A stretch of 64,000 bases of DNA, from positions 372,001 to 436,000 of the forward strand of contig BROI01000006.1 of the NCBI GenBank assembly GCA_027923505.1, given 5' to 3'. A program made the translations under genes and the position numbers. This stretch comes from Mayamaea pseudoterrestris. Lineage: Eukaryota. The notes below the pieces were generated by a model. The model made no database searches. It was given only the letters and a program-made list of their open reading frames with translations, and was not told the DNA's origin. Below, one piece after another: positions 36,058 to 47,011 of this stretch; position 1 is the stretch's first letter, and every line of letters begins with the position of its first letter.

Positions 36058-36957
36058 ATGCCTTCACTACTAGTAGGCCGCGTGTCAAGTCTACTATTCG
36101 GCGTAGTGGCTCTCTCGGCCGGACTGCTGTGTGTCACACAGCTTGCTAGGACTAGACAGCCTGCTGAGATTGGCAACATTAAACTCAAGCTGCGATTCGA
36201 CTGGACAAATATCAAGCCCCTCACTCCGTTTGCGCGAGCCATACACGTACAGCAAAGCACCTACTCGATCCCGCTGGCGGACTTTCATTTTCGGAATGTG
36301 TTTGGAATGGGATCCGATTTTCACCTATGGACGCAAGCCATGTGCAACGCCATGAGCCAAGGCTATCGCGTACGCTCCGCCATGCTCTGGACGTATCATG
36401 CCACGAAACAATGCGCTGGTATGAATGCAAATGCGACGGAACAGGTGACTGAGGCGTCATCCATGACTTGCTACTTTCCACAGTCCGAGCTGTTGCGCCC
36501 AGAAGATGCTGATCCATCTTTTCCTGTCAATGGCCGTCATAGACTTGATAGAAGAGGAAACGTTGACTATCAATGCGGGCCGATATTAGAAAAATACAAC
36601 CAGACTGTCAGTGACTTGCGAGCGGCGGGAATTGAATACTTGTTTGGCAAAGTTTCGCGGTTTGTTCAGGAAGTGGGAACTCGACAACTGAATGCGGTCT
36701 TTGGGCATATCGACAGCGTGCCAAGTAACCTAATCACTGTACATTTAAGATGGGGTGACAAGGGGGCTGAAATGAGTTTGGTGCCCGTGGAGGCGTACAT
36801 TGAAGCCATTGAGAGTATTCTTGCCAATCGGGCAGAAAATACGAAACGCCATGACAGGTCAGTCAATATATTTCTAGCCACCGAGAACCCAGCAGCAGTG
36901 GAGGCGTTTATGAAAGCGGGTTGCATAAATTATAATCAAGATAATTGCGACCAATAA
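36058..36957 (+). CDS. Alpha-1,6-fucosyltransferase-like (GT23/GT-B) protein, apparently C-terminally truncated
   Basis: N-terminal TM; GMGSDFH, VHLRWGDK..E and IFLATEN motifs. The ORF ends about 20 aa after ATE, without the later helix/S-x-x-S motif, 72 bp from the chlH stop. Confidence 0.6.
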   Translation: MPSLLVGRVSSLLFGVVALSAGLLCVTQLARTRQPAEIGNIKLKLRFDWTNIKPLTPFARAIHVQQSTYSIPLADFHFRNVFGMGSDFHLWTQAMCNAMSQGYRVRSAMLWTYHATKQCAGMNANATEQVTEASSMTCYFPQSELLRPEDADPSFPVNGRHRLDRRGNVDYQCGPILEKYNQTVSDLRAAGIEYLFGKVSRFVQEVGTRQLNAVFGHIDSVPSNLITVHLRWGDKGAEMSLVPVEAYIEAIESILANRAENTKRHDRSVNIFLATENPAAVEAFMKAGCINYNQDNCDQ

Positions 36958-37029
36958 GCTCTAGCTATATATTCTTTGACATTTTCGATTAGCTAACATG
37001 GAAGGAAATGCAAGTCCGCGATACCCATC

Positions 37030-40000
37030 TTAGACACCTTCGATTCTGTCTTCAACCTCCGCGTACAACTCTTGGAGACGTTCGATATTTTCTTCGCTCG
37101 TGTCCCAGTAACCGCGACCGTTTGCTTCAAGGAATGTAGTTACCATGTCGCGGAAAGCGTTGGGGTTGGTGTCCAACAGCCGCTTCTGCATTTCAGGATC
37201 GTTGATAAAAGTATCATTCGCATCCTCAAATACGAAGTTGTCGACTTCTCCAGCAGTCGCCGACCATCCCATGGTATTGCGCAGACGCTTTTGAATCTCG
37301 CGGACACCTTCGTAACCCGTCGAAAGCATACCTTCGTAAAACTTGGGATTCAAAAGCTTAGTGCGAGCGTCAAGACGGACAGTCTCAGCCAAGGTACGAA
37401 CTTGAGCGTTGGCGGTGGTCGTATCGGCCATGAGTGACATTGGTTTCTTCTTATCATCGCGCAGACTTTGTACCACCTTAGTTGGGTCAGAGTCATAGTA
37501 ATGGGAGACGTCGGTGATGGAGATTTCCGACGAGTCGAGGTTTTGGAAGGTGACATCGACTCGCTTGAGTGCCGCCTTGAAAAGATCCGCTTGTTGCTCC
37601 ATCATTCCTGGCTTGTCAGCATTAAACGCGAAACCCTTTCGCGTTAAGAACTGGTCTTGGAGCTGCGTCTCATCTTCCCATCCTCCATTCTCAATAGCTA
37701 AACCAACGTTGGCACTGTACGACCCGGCGGAGTTGGAGAAGACACGGCAGGCAGCATCACGAAGACTGATGCCCAACTCCTCGGCCTGCTCCAAGGCATG
37801 CTTGCGAACGAAGTTCTGATCGATTGGCTCGTCAGCTTCAGCAGCCATCTTGATTCCTCGATCCATTAAGTTCATCTGGTTGATGAACAAATCGCGGAAG
37901 ACTCCCGAGCACGATACAACAACGTCGACACGCGGACGACCAAGCTCTTCAAGCGGAATAAGCTCCACCTTGTTAACGCGGCCCAGCGAGTCAGCGACGG
38001 GTCGGACACCAACAAGAGCAAGGACTTGGGCAAGCGACTCTCCGTACGTCTTGATGTTGTCTGTACCCCACAAGGTGAAGGCAATGCTCTCGGGATAGTC
38101 GCCTCCCTCACTCTTGAGCTTCTCGAGCAACTTACGCACTACATCTTCTGACACTTGAACAGCTGCCGCCGTTGGAATTGAAGACGGATCTAGAGCATGC
38201 ATGTTGCGTCCAGTCGGAAGCACCTCGGGATTACGAATTGGATCGCCACCAGGAGCAGGCATCAAGAATTCGCCATTGAGTAGCTCCATGATCCCGCCAA
38301 GTTCGTTATTGGCAACGACCTGACGAAGGCAAAACTCGAGATACTTGATAAGTGGCTCCAGACGCTCTTCGGAGACACTTGGAAAGCCAGCCGCAATGAT
38401 CGCGTTGGTCCATGGCTTCTTGCTACCCATCATTTTGCTGAACATTCCACCAAGCTCATCCGCGAAGGACTTGACCTCCTTGACACGGCCATCCGGGCCA
38501 GTTGACTGCTGAACAAGCGCTCGAACCGCTGCTCTGGCGGCTTCAGTAATCTTGGTGTTAAGCTCAACGTCCTCAAGAACACCCTGATTGTTGCCACGAT
38601 AGATCTCATTAATTTCACGCCCAATGGAGGCTGCAATGACTCGTGGAAGGCTTTCAATACCGTCTTCAGGACGATCAAGCTGCGCAATGTTGACAAGTGT
38701 GGCAATTGCCTCCTCGGCCGTAGGAGGAACACCAACAGTGTGAAGTCCGCAAGGAAGCAGTCGGCTCTCAATCTGCATGATCTGAGCGTAAATGGCACCG
38801 ACAATCTCGTCACGTCTCTCAATAGTATCATTGATGGCATCATATGTCTCAACAGCCGGAAGGTCAACATCCTTATCCAAGTTGCAAGTATAGGACGTTG
38901 AAACAATCGAGTTGACAATGGCAGCGCCACGGCCTTCGTTCTCCCTTAATCCTTGATACGACGAGATGAGTTCCTTCAACTCCTTCAAGCCTTTGTAAAG
39001 ACCAGCATTTTCGGCAGGAGGAGTTAGGTACGAGACAGTTGCAGAGTACGAGCGACGCTTTGCAATCGTTGCTTCCGAAGGATTGTTTGCCGCGTACAAG
39101 TACGCCGAAGGCAGCGAGTTGATGAGTCTGTCAGGGTAGCACGTTCCTGACATACCGACTTGCTTTCCTGGCATGAACTCGAGACTTCCGTGCGTTCCGA
39201 AGTGCAAAACTGCATCTGCCTTGAAAATCTTCTCGAGGTAAGTGTAATAGGCGGCGAAACCGTGATGCGGACTAGCAGACTTAGCAAAGAGCAGGCGCAT
39301 CGGATCGCCTTCGTATCCAAACGACGGCTGCACTCCAATGAACACATTTCCAAACTGCTTGCCGTAGACGACCAAGTTTTGGCCGTCCGAATTGAGGTTG
39401 CCTGGCGCCTTGCCCCAATTCTCCTCGAGATCCGTCGCATACGGAGTCAACTCATAATATTCGTCAGTGCTCATGCGGTACGCAACATTCAGTTCTGGCG
39501 ATGAAATGCGAGCCTCTGGATCGTTCAAAACAGCCTCCATAATGGCTTCCTTCTCCATGGGTGCGTCGCCAATTTCGTATCCTTCCGTCTTGAGCTGCTT
39601 CAATACTGCCTTGATCGAGTCGAAAACATCCAAGTAAGCAGCAGTTCCTACGTTACCCTTGTCTGGTGGAAACGAAAAGATTGTAATGGCAATCTTCTTG
39701 TCCTGGTTGGGCTTGTTGCGAAGGTTTGCCCACTTGAGCGATCGATCCGCCAGCAAGTTAACCCGGTCTGCCAGCGGAACGCTTCGGCCAGTCGCACCCT
39801 CACGTCCGGCGTAAATGATAGGCTCAATGGCTCCATCAATCTCCGGTAGCGAAACTTGCAAGGCAACTTGGATTGGATGCAGACCAAGCTCGGACGATTG
39901 CCACTCTTCAAACGACTGGAATACAAGCGGAACAGCGCACATGTACGGACGGTTCAGCTTCTTGAGAACCTTGGCCGCCTTCTTGTGATCCTGTGACGCT

Positions 40001-41496
40001 GGCCCACCCACCAAGGCAAAGCCAGTCAAGTTGATGACTGTATCTACAATGGGCTTGCCTGAAGCGTCGTAAAAGTAGTCCTCAATTGGTCCCGAAAAGT
40101 CCAAACCTCCAGAGTAAATGGCCACAACACGCGATCCCCGACTCTCCAGCTCGGAAATGAGCGAAACGTAGTGCGTATCGTCCTTGGTGTTAATGTGCGA
40201 CTTTTGTAGAATGATACCAATGGTTGGGGCCGTCTTTGGGTCAATGCCAGCGTCCGGACAAAATTCGGAGTTATACCACTTGAAGTACTGCTCGTTGGTT
40301 TCAAAGACGATCGATGGGGCGACTGGGTGCCAAATGGCCTTGTCGGGCAGCAAGACTGGTTCAGCGGCAATCTTCTTCGTCTTGCCCACCATGTTCGCCT
40401 TGATAGGTGCAATGTAGTCCTGTCCGACCATGGTGAGGAGCGATTCCAAGTTCTCGGGCGAACCTCCAAGCCAGTACTGAAAGGACATCATAAAGGTGCG
40501 AGCGTCGGCCGCCTTGTCGCTCGGTAGAAACTTGAGCACTTTGGGCAAGGTGCGCAACAGCTTGAGCATGCCTTCCTCGAACGAGCTTCCGTCCTCCTGT
40601 TTCTTCTTCTTCATAAAGTCGGAGATGACACTCTTGCTTTGTCCAAGATTCTTCATGGTGAAGCTTCCAACCTTGTTGAGTCGCATGACTTCCGGCATGG
40701 AAGGAAACACCAAGACAGCGTCAAGATTGTCACGCGCCGGCTGCACGACTTCAACTACCTTTTCGGCCAGTTCCTGCACGAAAATGAGCGATCCAATGAA
40801 CACGTTCGCTTCGGCAACATCTTGCTTGAACTGCGCAAACGCATCATCGTTGCGAAGTTCCTCCAACAAGTATCCGACGCATTCGACAGCCATGTCATCG
40901 TTGCCAACGTTGATGCGCTTGACGGCGGCCGTCATGCTCGATTGGTACTGACTCTCCAGGACAACGTAGACAACCTTCATCACGGGGCGGTTGCGCGGGT
41001 TCTCCGGAACGACACGGCGACTCTCGGCGTTGGAAGCTGTGAAACCGCCGCCCATGGGCGACGAGGTAATGGGATCCGTCACGACCATGCTGAGTGATGA
41101 TGAAGTTGCAGAAGCATGTTGCTGCAGTGCGCCGCCGAGAAAGGCTGTTGTCTTGGTGCTCGCGCTGATTTGTTTCGATGGCTGCCATCTGTAAAGTCGA
41201 AGCGGAAAGATTATGAATAGCAATCAAATGTTAGTCAACCATGATGTTTATTAAGGACGTAAAGTCAGAACATTGAGAGGAAAGACTTGCTCCAAGCATC
41301 CTTCTTGGATCGCGTCGTCGATTTTCCTCGTCGACCGCGCCCCGTAGAACCTACGTAGAACGCTGGTACAAAAACTTCAACTTGCACGGATCGGCATGGT
41401 TCGTCGAATGACGAAGTGCAAAATGAGCAACGAAACTTACGCATTGGACACCGACAGTGCAAGCAGAGCGCTCACAGCGACCTTGTAGTAGACCAT
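37030..41496 (-). CDS. chlH: Magnesium chelatase subunit H, plastid-targeted. Exons 41496-41441 and 41188-37030
   Basis: [83 protein letters not shown]. Splicing gives signal peptide [22 protein letters not shown]. Confidence 0.97.
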
Positions 41497-41827
41497 GGTC
41501 ACCAGTAGCTGATGAGTAAAGCAGTTGCAGCTAGAGATGCAAAGATACAGGCTTCTCCAGCGACAAGTGTGAGATGAGACGGAATGCAAGTCGAAGAATC
41601 GGGAGACGCTTTTTCTCTGCGTCACGCGTTGCAGCAACGCCGGCCGGCGGATTGACGTGTCGTTTCGCCGGCCGATCCACGAGTCGCACTGGTATACGAA
41701 CCAAGGAAATTTCGTGCGTAGCTAAAAACTACATTACTCGAGTACAAAATATGTTAGCAGTAGCAAAATAAAGCTTCGGGATGTTCGAAATTTTTCGATG
41801 TTGAGGTGACTGACCTTTTTTTCAATC

Positions 41828-43118
41828 TTACGGGCTTAATGTGTTACGCTCCTTGGCACGAATTTGCTCAACTATGCTGTCACAGGTGTTACAGTCAAAT
41901 CGATGTTTCTCGAGACGCAGTGTTGTTTTTGCTTGCAGCTGGAGGCTCACAGCGTATACCATAAAGTTGTTGTTGACTGATGCGCTCTCAGCGCCAGCGG
42001 CAACAAGCTCATGTATTGTTTTCAGTACAATTGCGTCCAGATCAATCATGTGAACATGATCCAGCCGACTTCCAACTTGCTGCGGTATCTGAAGGACGGA
42101 CGTTCAGTAACTTTCGTCGCGTTCATCGCTTGCCAGTAAAAAGACAATGCTGTTTACTAGTGACGACGTATTTTGCAAGGAACATTCCATATAAGCTCAC
42201 AGCACCGGCAAGGATGTATCGCACTCATTCTCCATATCCGTCCGACGGACGTGGAAGAGCCCGAATGAGGCATCTGATTCGTTCACTTGTGCCTCTGCTA
42301 AAAATTTTGTCCACACTTGATCTGTTATACGTTTTACCGTGATTGACATACTGCCGTCGGCGTAGTGGCAATCACCTGGCCATGCAACCTGACCAGGCAA
42401 TGGCTGCCGAGCATTTGACTCATTGTATGCGCTCAAACGTGTATACACGTGTGCAACAACTCTCTCCATCCATCCGTAAATTCTAATGGTTTCAATGCCC
42501 CAATTGAACCCTTGGTGTTGTGCGGCCGTATCGTTATGTTGCTGCTGATAGACAAAATGCTCCATTTCCAACACTTCCACGTCAACAGAATTCAGTTGAT
42601 TGCGCGCTCCACCAAGTTTGAAGAGAGAAACGTTTTTTGCGTGAGTCCCTCCTTTGTCAAACATTGATGGATCACCGAAATAGGTATGAAGTGCCGGCGA
42701 TTCATCATCAAGAAACCAAAAGGCAAAAAACTCATCTTAAGCCCATTGACACATTCATTGCAGGGAACCCTTGATTGTGATACGGGTTGAGCAACTGATA
42801 AGGAGGTGGAGCATACAATGTCGCGCAAAGCCAGCCAGCAAGGTTGGTCATTGTTTCAAACACAATTTTTCGGTCGCTCAGGCCAGCAGCACTGGCGCCG
42901 CGTGTCGGTCTTATGTAAAGTTTGTTGATGCGCCCCTTGGGACAGTGGTCAGTGTAGCAATGCTGTACATTCGACGCAATGCCTCCGTCTTTCTTAACGA
43001 GTCGCTCCGTTGTATTCATCTGGAAAAATCGCTTACGAAACCCAGCCATTTCTGCCAAAAACAGCAAGAATAGTACGATGCAGCAGTTCCACATGAGTGT
43101 TGCCCGAGCAAGAGTCAT
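41828..43118 (-). pseudogene. Disrupted fucosyltransferase-like (GT-B) gene with one frameshift and two in-frame TGA stops
   Basis: N-terminal TM, AGLSDR...LAGWLCA; frameshift near 42737; then one frame reads FHVRRTD...CDTSLPVL*AYMECSL...FLLASDERDESY*TSVL...NNFMVY...CNTCD. Stops at 42197-42199 and 42104-42106. Confidence 0.75.
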
Positions 43119-43428
43119 CCTTGTTCGTAGTGCCTTGCGGCTTGTCGGGCGTAGCTATGATCTTTGAAAGAGCCGACAAGCAAACAGAATGTGTGACTAG
43201 TACGATTGTCAACTTGTGTAAAAATGGCTTTTGGCAAATTTGCAGCGGAATTCTGCTCCGTTTTCAAAATGGCAGGCAGGCATTTCAATCACAGTCCCAT
43301 CCAGAAGACTGCGCCGTCGCATCGGTACACGATAGGGTTAAAGTTACTGTGGCGCGGGCGGCGCGACGCCGTTTTCTTCTTCTCGCACTTGCGCGTCCAG
43401 CAAATTCGTTCACAGAAAGCACACGGCG

Positions 43429-45587
43429 ATGAGCTTCTCTGCCATTCGACAGGCAATGCTAGTAGGCAGAGTAGCTCTGCGAACAAGAGTAGTCGCTCCA
43501 TCCATAAGAGCTACCGCATGGTCAAGCCGCGCTTGCCTTTCGACGGCTCGTGCAGCATCGTCTCCGGCGCACATGAGTGACACTAGCAGCGAGGAATCTC
43601 CGACCAAAGGTCGCCAGCAAAACCAGAATGGAGAGGAAGACGTACAACACAACGATAGTAATCGACGAAAGCTGTCGGAGGTGCTAGTATCCGAAATTCT
43701 CCGCGCCAAGCATTCGCATCGCTGGATCAACCCAGTGATTTCACGCGACGCAACCGTCAAGGACGCCATTACGACCGTGATTGAGGGTGGTCTATCGGCC
43801 ATGATGGTGCTTGACTCTGATACGAAGCGAGTCACGGGCTTGCTGACGTCTCGCGACATTTTGCGCATCATGGCGGCGGCTATCAAGGACGGTGGAAGTG
43901 ACACTGACATTTTGAATAAACCGATTGGCGACTCCATGACACCCATTTCGCAAGTAGTATTTGGACGGCCAGATGAGACGGTAGGAATGCTGCGGGCTAT
44001 TATGAGCAAACTGGGAATTAAATGCATTGTACGTATTGGGAGGTGCATGTGTGTGTGTGGTGTAAATGGTTGGTGCGCACGAGAAACTGACAACTGACTG
44101 TGACATCATACTGACGTACCTCTCTATTCTCTCTTATTAGCCAATTTTGAGCAAAGATGGCCGAGTGGAAGGCGTCTTGACTGCTCGCGATATCAACGAT
44201 TTTGCAGTGTCCGCGACGGAGAAGGGTGGCAAAAAGCAGTACCTCAAGGACATTTCGCAGCGTGTGGGTCTCAGCACCAACACGAGCATGGCGGAGCCGC
44301 CAATCTATGTGAGAGCAACAATCGCCATGGATCAGCAACCTCTGTTTGTGACCATTGGAAAAGCCGAGCTGCCGCATCCATTTAAAACGGCGAATGGATC
44401 TGAACGGGGTAAGTTTGATGAGACGTTGTGCAGGCGTGTTCACCCGTAAGCAAATGGAATTCGATATGCGATATATCTCACTTGTTCAATCCTGCCTGCA
44501 GACAATCGTCTTATATCATACAGCACTGATCCAGAGCTTTCAGAGGACGCTAGTTTTGTGGCCAACGTAACTCTTCCAGTATCTAAAGGTGGTGCTTCGC
44601 AGCCATTTACGTTCCTGGGAGTCGCGGATGGTGTAGGCTCATGGCGAGAATACAACGTTGATCCAAGGGAATTTAGCCATTCTCTCATGGATGAATGTCG
44701 TATAATATTAGCGGAAGCTGCGGAAGGATACAGCAACGGACACGATGCGCTACAACAAGTGATTCCCCCGGCGTTACTCATGGCGCAAGCCTACGAGCGA
44801 GTCAAGGCTCGCAACATTATTGGCTCGTGCACAGCATGTATAGCGCTCTTCGACAGCGTGCGGCATCAGTTTCATTTTTCCAATTTGGGAGACTCGGGCT
44901 TGATACTACTGCGGCACATTGACTCTGACGTTGCAGGCTCGCTCAAGAGAATTCGAAACACACCACGACCGGAGCGTCAGTCAGATTTGCAAATATCCTT
45001 TGTCAGTCAGCAGCAACTAAGATCATTCAATCATCCGTATCAGTTGGGATGGACGGGCGAGGATTTGCCTCCACATGAATCGAGCTCTTTCAAGTTGGCA
45101 AAGGAATCGTGCAATACGTCACTGCACGTGCGGCGAGGCGATATTATCATCATGGCGACGGATGGACTTTTTGATAACGTGGAGTTGGATGAGATTCGTG
45201 CCATTGTACTGGAATGGGAGGAACGAAACGGCTTTGTCCGCCAGGGCGACACGGCCGCGCGCGAACACCGATGGGCCATGGGCAACTCGCTCGCCACCTT
45301 TTCATCCGAGACAGTGTTTGAACTTGCGGATCGACTGTGCGTGCGCGCCCGGGAGAATTCATTGCTGCGAGACGTTGATTCTCCGTTTGCTGTAAGTGAA
45401 ATATTGAAGAATGATGGCTTTTGTAGCTTTTGATACATGATCTGACATTTCTTACGCTTGCTACCAGATTCTTGCCAAGGAAAACGATGTCATGTGGTCC
45501 GGTGGCATGCCAGACGACTGCACCGTATTAGCGCTGCATGTGGTTGGTCGAAACCCTGAGGATGTCATGGGTCAAACCAACCAGTAA
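43429..45587 (+). CDS. Mitochondrial-targeted CBS-pair + PTC7-type PP2C phosphatase fusion. Exons 43429-44028, 44141-44408, 44502-45391, 45468-45587
   Basis: R/S/A-rich presequence; CBS motifs VTGLLTSRDI and VEGVLTARDI; PTC7 motifs SEDA, GVADGVGSW, GSCTA, NLGDSG, QQ..FNHPYQLG, MATDGLFDNV, SPFA, GGMPDDCTV. Three GT-AG introns keep frame. Confidence 0.88.
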
Positions 45588-45662
45588 CAACTAGTAGCGT
45601 GCCTTAACAATATTTTGATTCACATACAGCAGTCACAAAGTGATGATATATTATATATAAGT

Positions 45663-46574
45663 CTAAAGATACTCGTAACTCGCAAATTCCTTCCTCCTCC
45701 ACACAAAGACTTGACTGTCAGGTCGTTCCTTGTTTTTGCTGACGCGCAAACCCTCGTCCAGGTAGCTCGTCTGCATTGTCACAGTGGACGATCCCGGCAT
45801 GACTCGCTCCAGTGTTGCTCCACTCGGAAAGGCCGGAGCGTTCTCGTCCACCAGCGGACCGAGCGGACCAAGTAGTGTGTTTAGTAAGGAGCTACGCTCC
45901 GGTTTGGTCGTTTCAATGTTTAGCACGAGGTCATTCTCTGCGTCCACGCGCGTAATAGACGCGCGCGTCGTCATGATGGATGTCGCCAGTCCACCAAGCG
46001 TCGACACTTTCACGCGTGACACCAATCGACCTGTTTTTGCAATCGGATCATACGATATCGTTTGATAAGCTGGTCCAATGTCTTTCAATGGAATGCCATC
46101 CGTAACGGCAAAGACTTGATCGCATGTATCTGGAAACGCCTTTTGGAACGCCCAAAAGAAGGGAGACGACCGCGTGGCGTCGTCGCTCGCGTATACCAGT
46201 TCCCAATCTCCCGACAAGAGTTCCATTTCAATGGGAGCTTGACTGGTAGTTGCTTCCAATTGGCGAATCAGGGACGCAATGGTTGCTTTCGGAAGCGGTT
46301 GCTCCTGGCATGCTCGCAGCAAGTTGGTCTTGAGCTGCGTGACGTTTGGCGCAGGTGACTCGAGTACAGCGGCCGAAGCATCAGATACCGCCTGATTCTC
46401 GCCATTGGTTGAAACGTGAAGTACAGTTATTCCGAAAGGCTGTTGCTGTCTATTTACTGCACTTGGTAGACTGTTCGGTCGAATCTTCGTCCTCGTAGAA
46501 AACGTGAATGAATGAGCGGTTGAAAACAGCGCTAGAGCCAGAAGACACGTCAATCTTGCACAGTTTCTACTCAT
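45663..46574 (-). CDS. Plastid lipid-associated PAP/fibrillin-family protein
   Basis: Signal + AHS-FTF bipartite presequence; LKTNLL...LIRQLE, LSGDWELVYAS, TSYLDEGLRVSK...FVWRR. Confidence 0.82.
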   Translation of the reverse strand: MSRNCARLTCLLALALFSTAHSFTFSTRTKIRPNSLPSAVNRQQQPFGITVLHVSTNGENQAVSDASAAVLESPAPNVTQLKTNLLRACQEQPLPKATIASLIRQLEATTSQAPIEMELLSGDWELVYASDDATRSSPFFWAFQKAFPDTCDQVFAVTDGIPLKDIGPAYQTISYDPIAKTGRLVSRVKVSTLGGLATSIMTTRASITRVDAENDLVLNIETTKPERSSLLNTLLGPLGPLVDENAPAFPSGATLERVMPGSSTVTMQTSYLDEGLRVSKNKERPDSQVFVWRRKEFASYEYL

Positions 46575-46753
46575 GGTGGGCCAATTTATGGTAAAGTGTG
46601 CTTTGTCGTACAAGTAGCCTCATCGTTATCGTCATCAAGCGCTGCCATGCTTTCATCCATCATCGTCGCGATCCGTTTCCCTGCTGCTGACGCAATCGTT
46701 GCTCTCCTTCGATCGCTGCATTACCGCTACGACAAATGGTTAGCCGGAGTTCC

Positions 46754-46790
46754 CACGTGGAGCAGCACTCGTTGCTGACGCATGTGACGT
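46754..46790. promoter_or_regulatory. Cluster of bZIP-type motifs (CACGTG, TGACG, TGACGT) in the divergent fibrillin/DnaJ promoter
   Basis: CACGTG at 46754-46759, TGACG at 46776-46780, TGACGT at 46785-46790. Motifs are short and function is inferred. Confidence 0.35.
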
Positions 46791-47011
46791 CGCGGCCGCC
46801 GCGCCTCGTCCACCATCGCGTTTTCTTCCATCCAAACGCAACTCCAAACAACAAAAGCGACTGGCTCAGCTGATGATTGTTTGCAGACGACAGTCTTGAC
46901 CCCCGAAGCGTCTACAGCAACGTAAATCACCATCTTGTTGTTAAAGATCAAACGAATCAACAAGAAGGCTCCAATTTTAGCTACAGCAGCATTCGTTCGT
47001 TGCCAAACAAA

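Noticed and set aside
42104..42199. In-frame TGAs as selenocysteine codons
   Set aside because: The same gene carries a frameshift, the contexts are not redox motifs, and no SECIS is evident.
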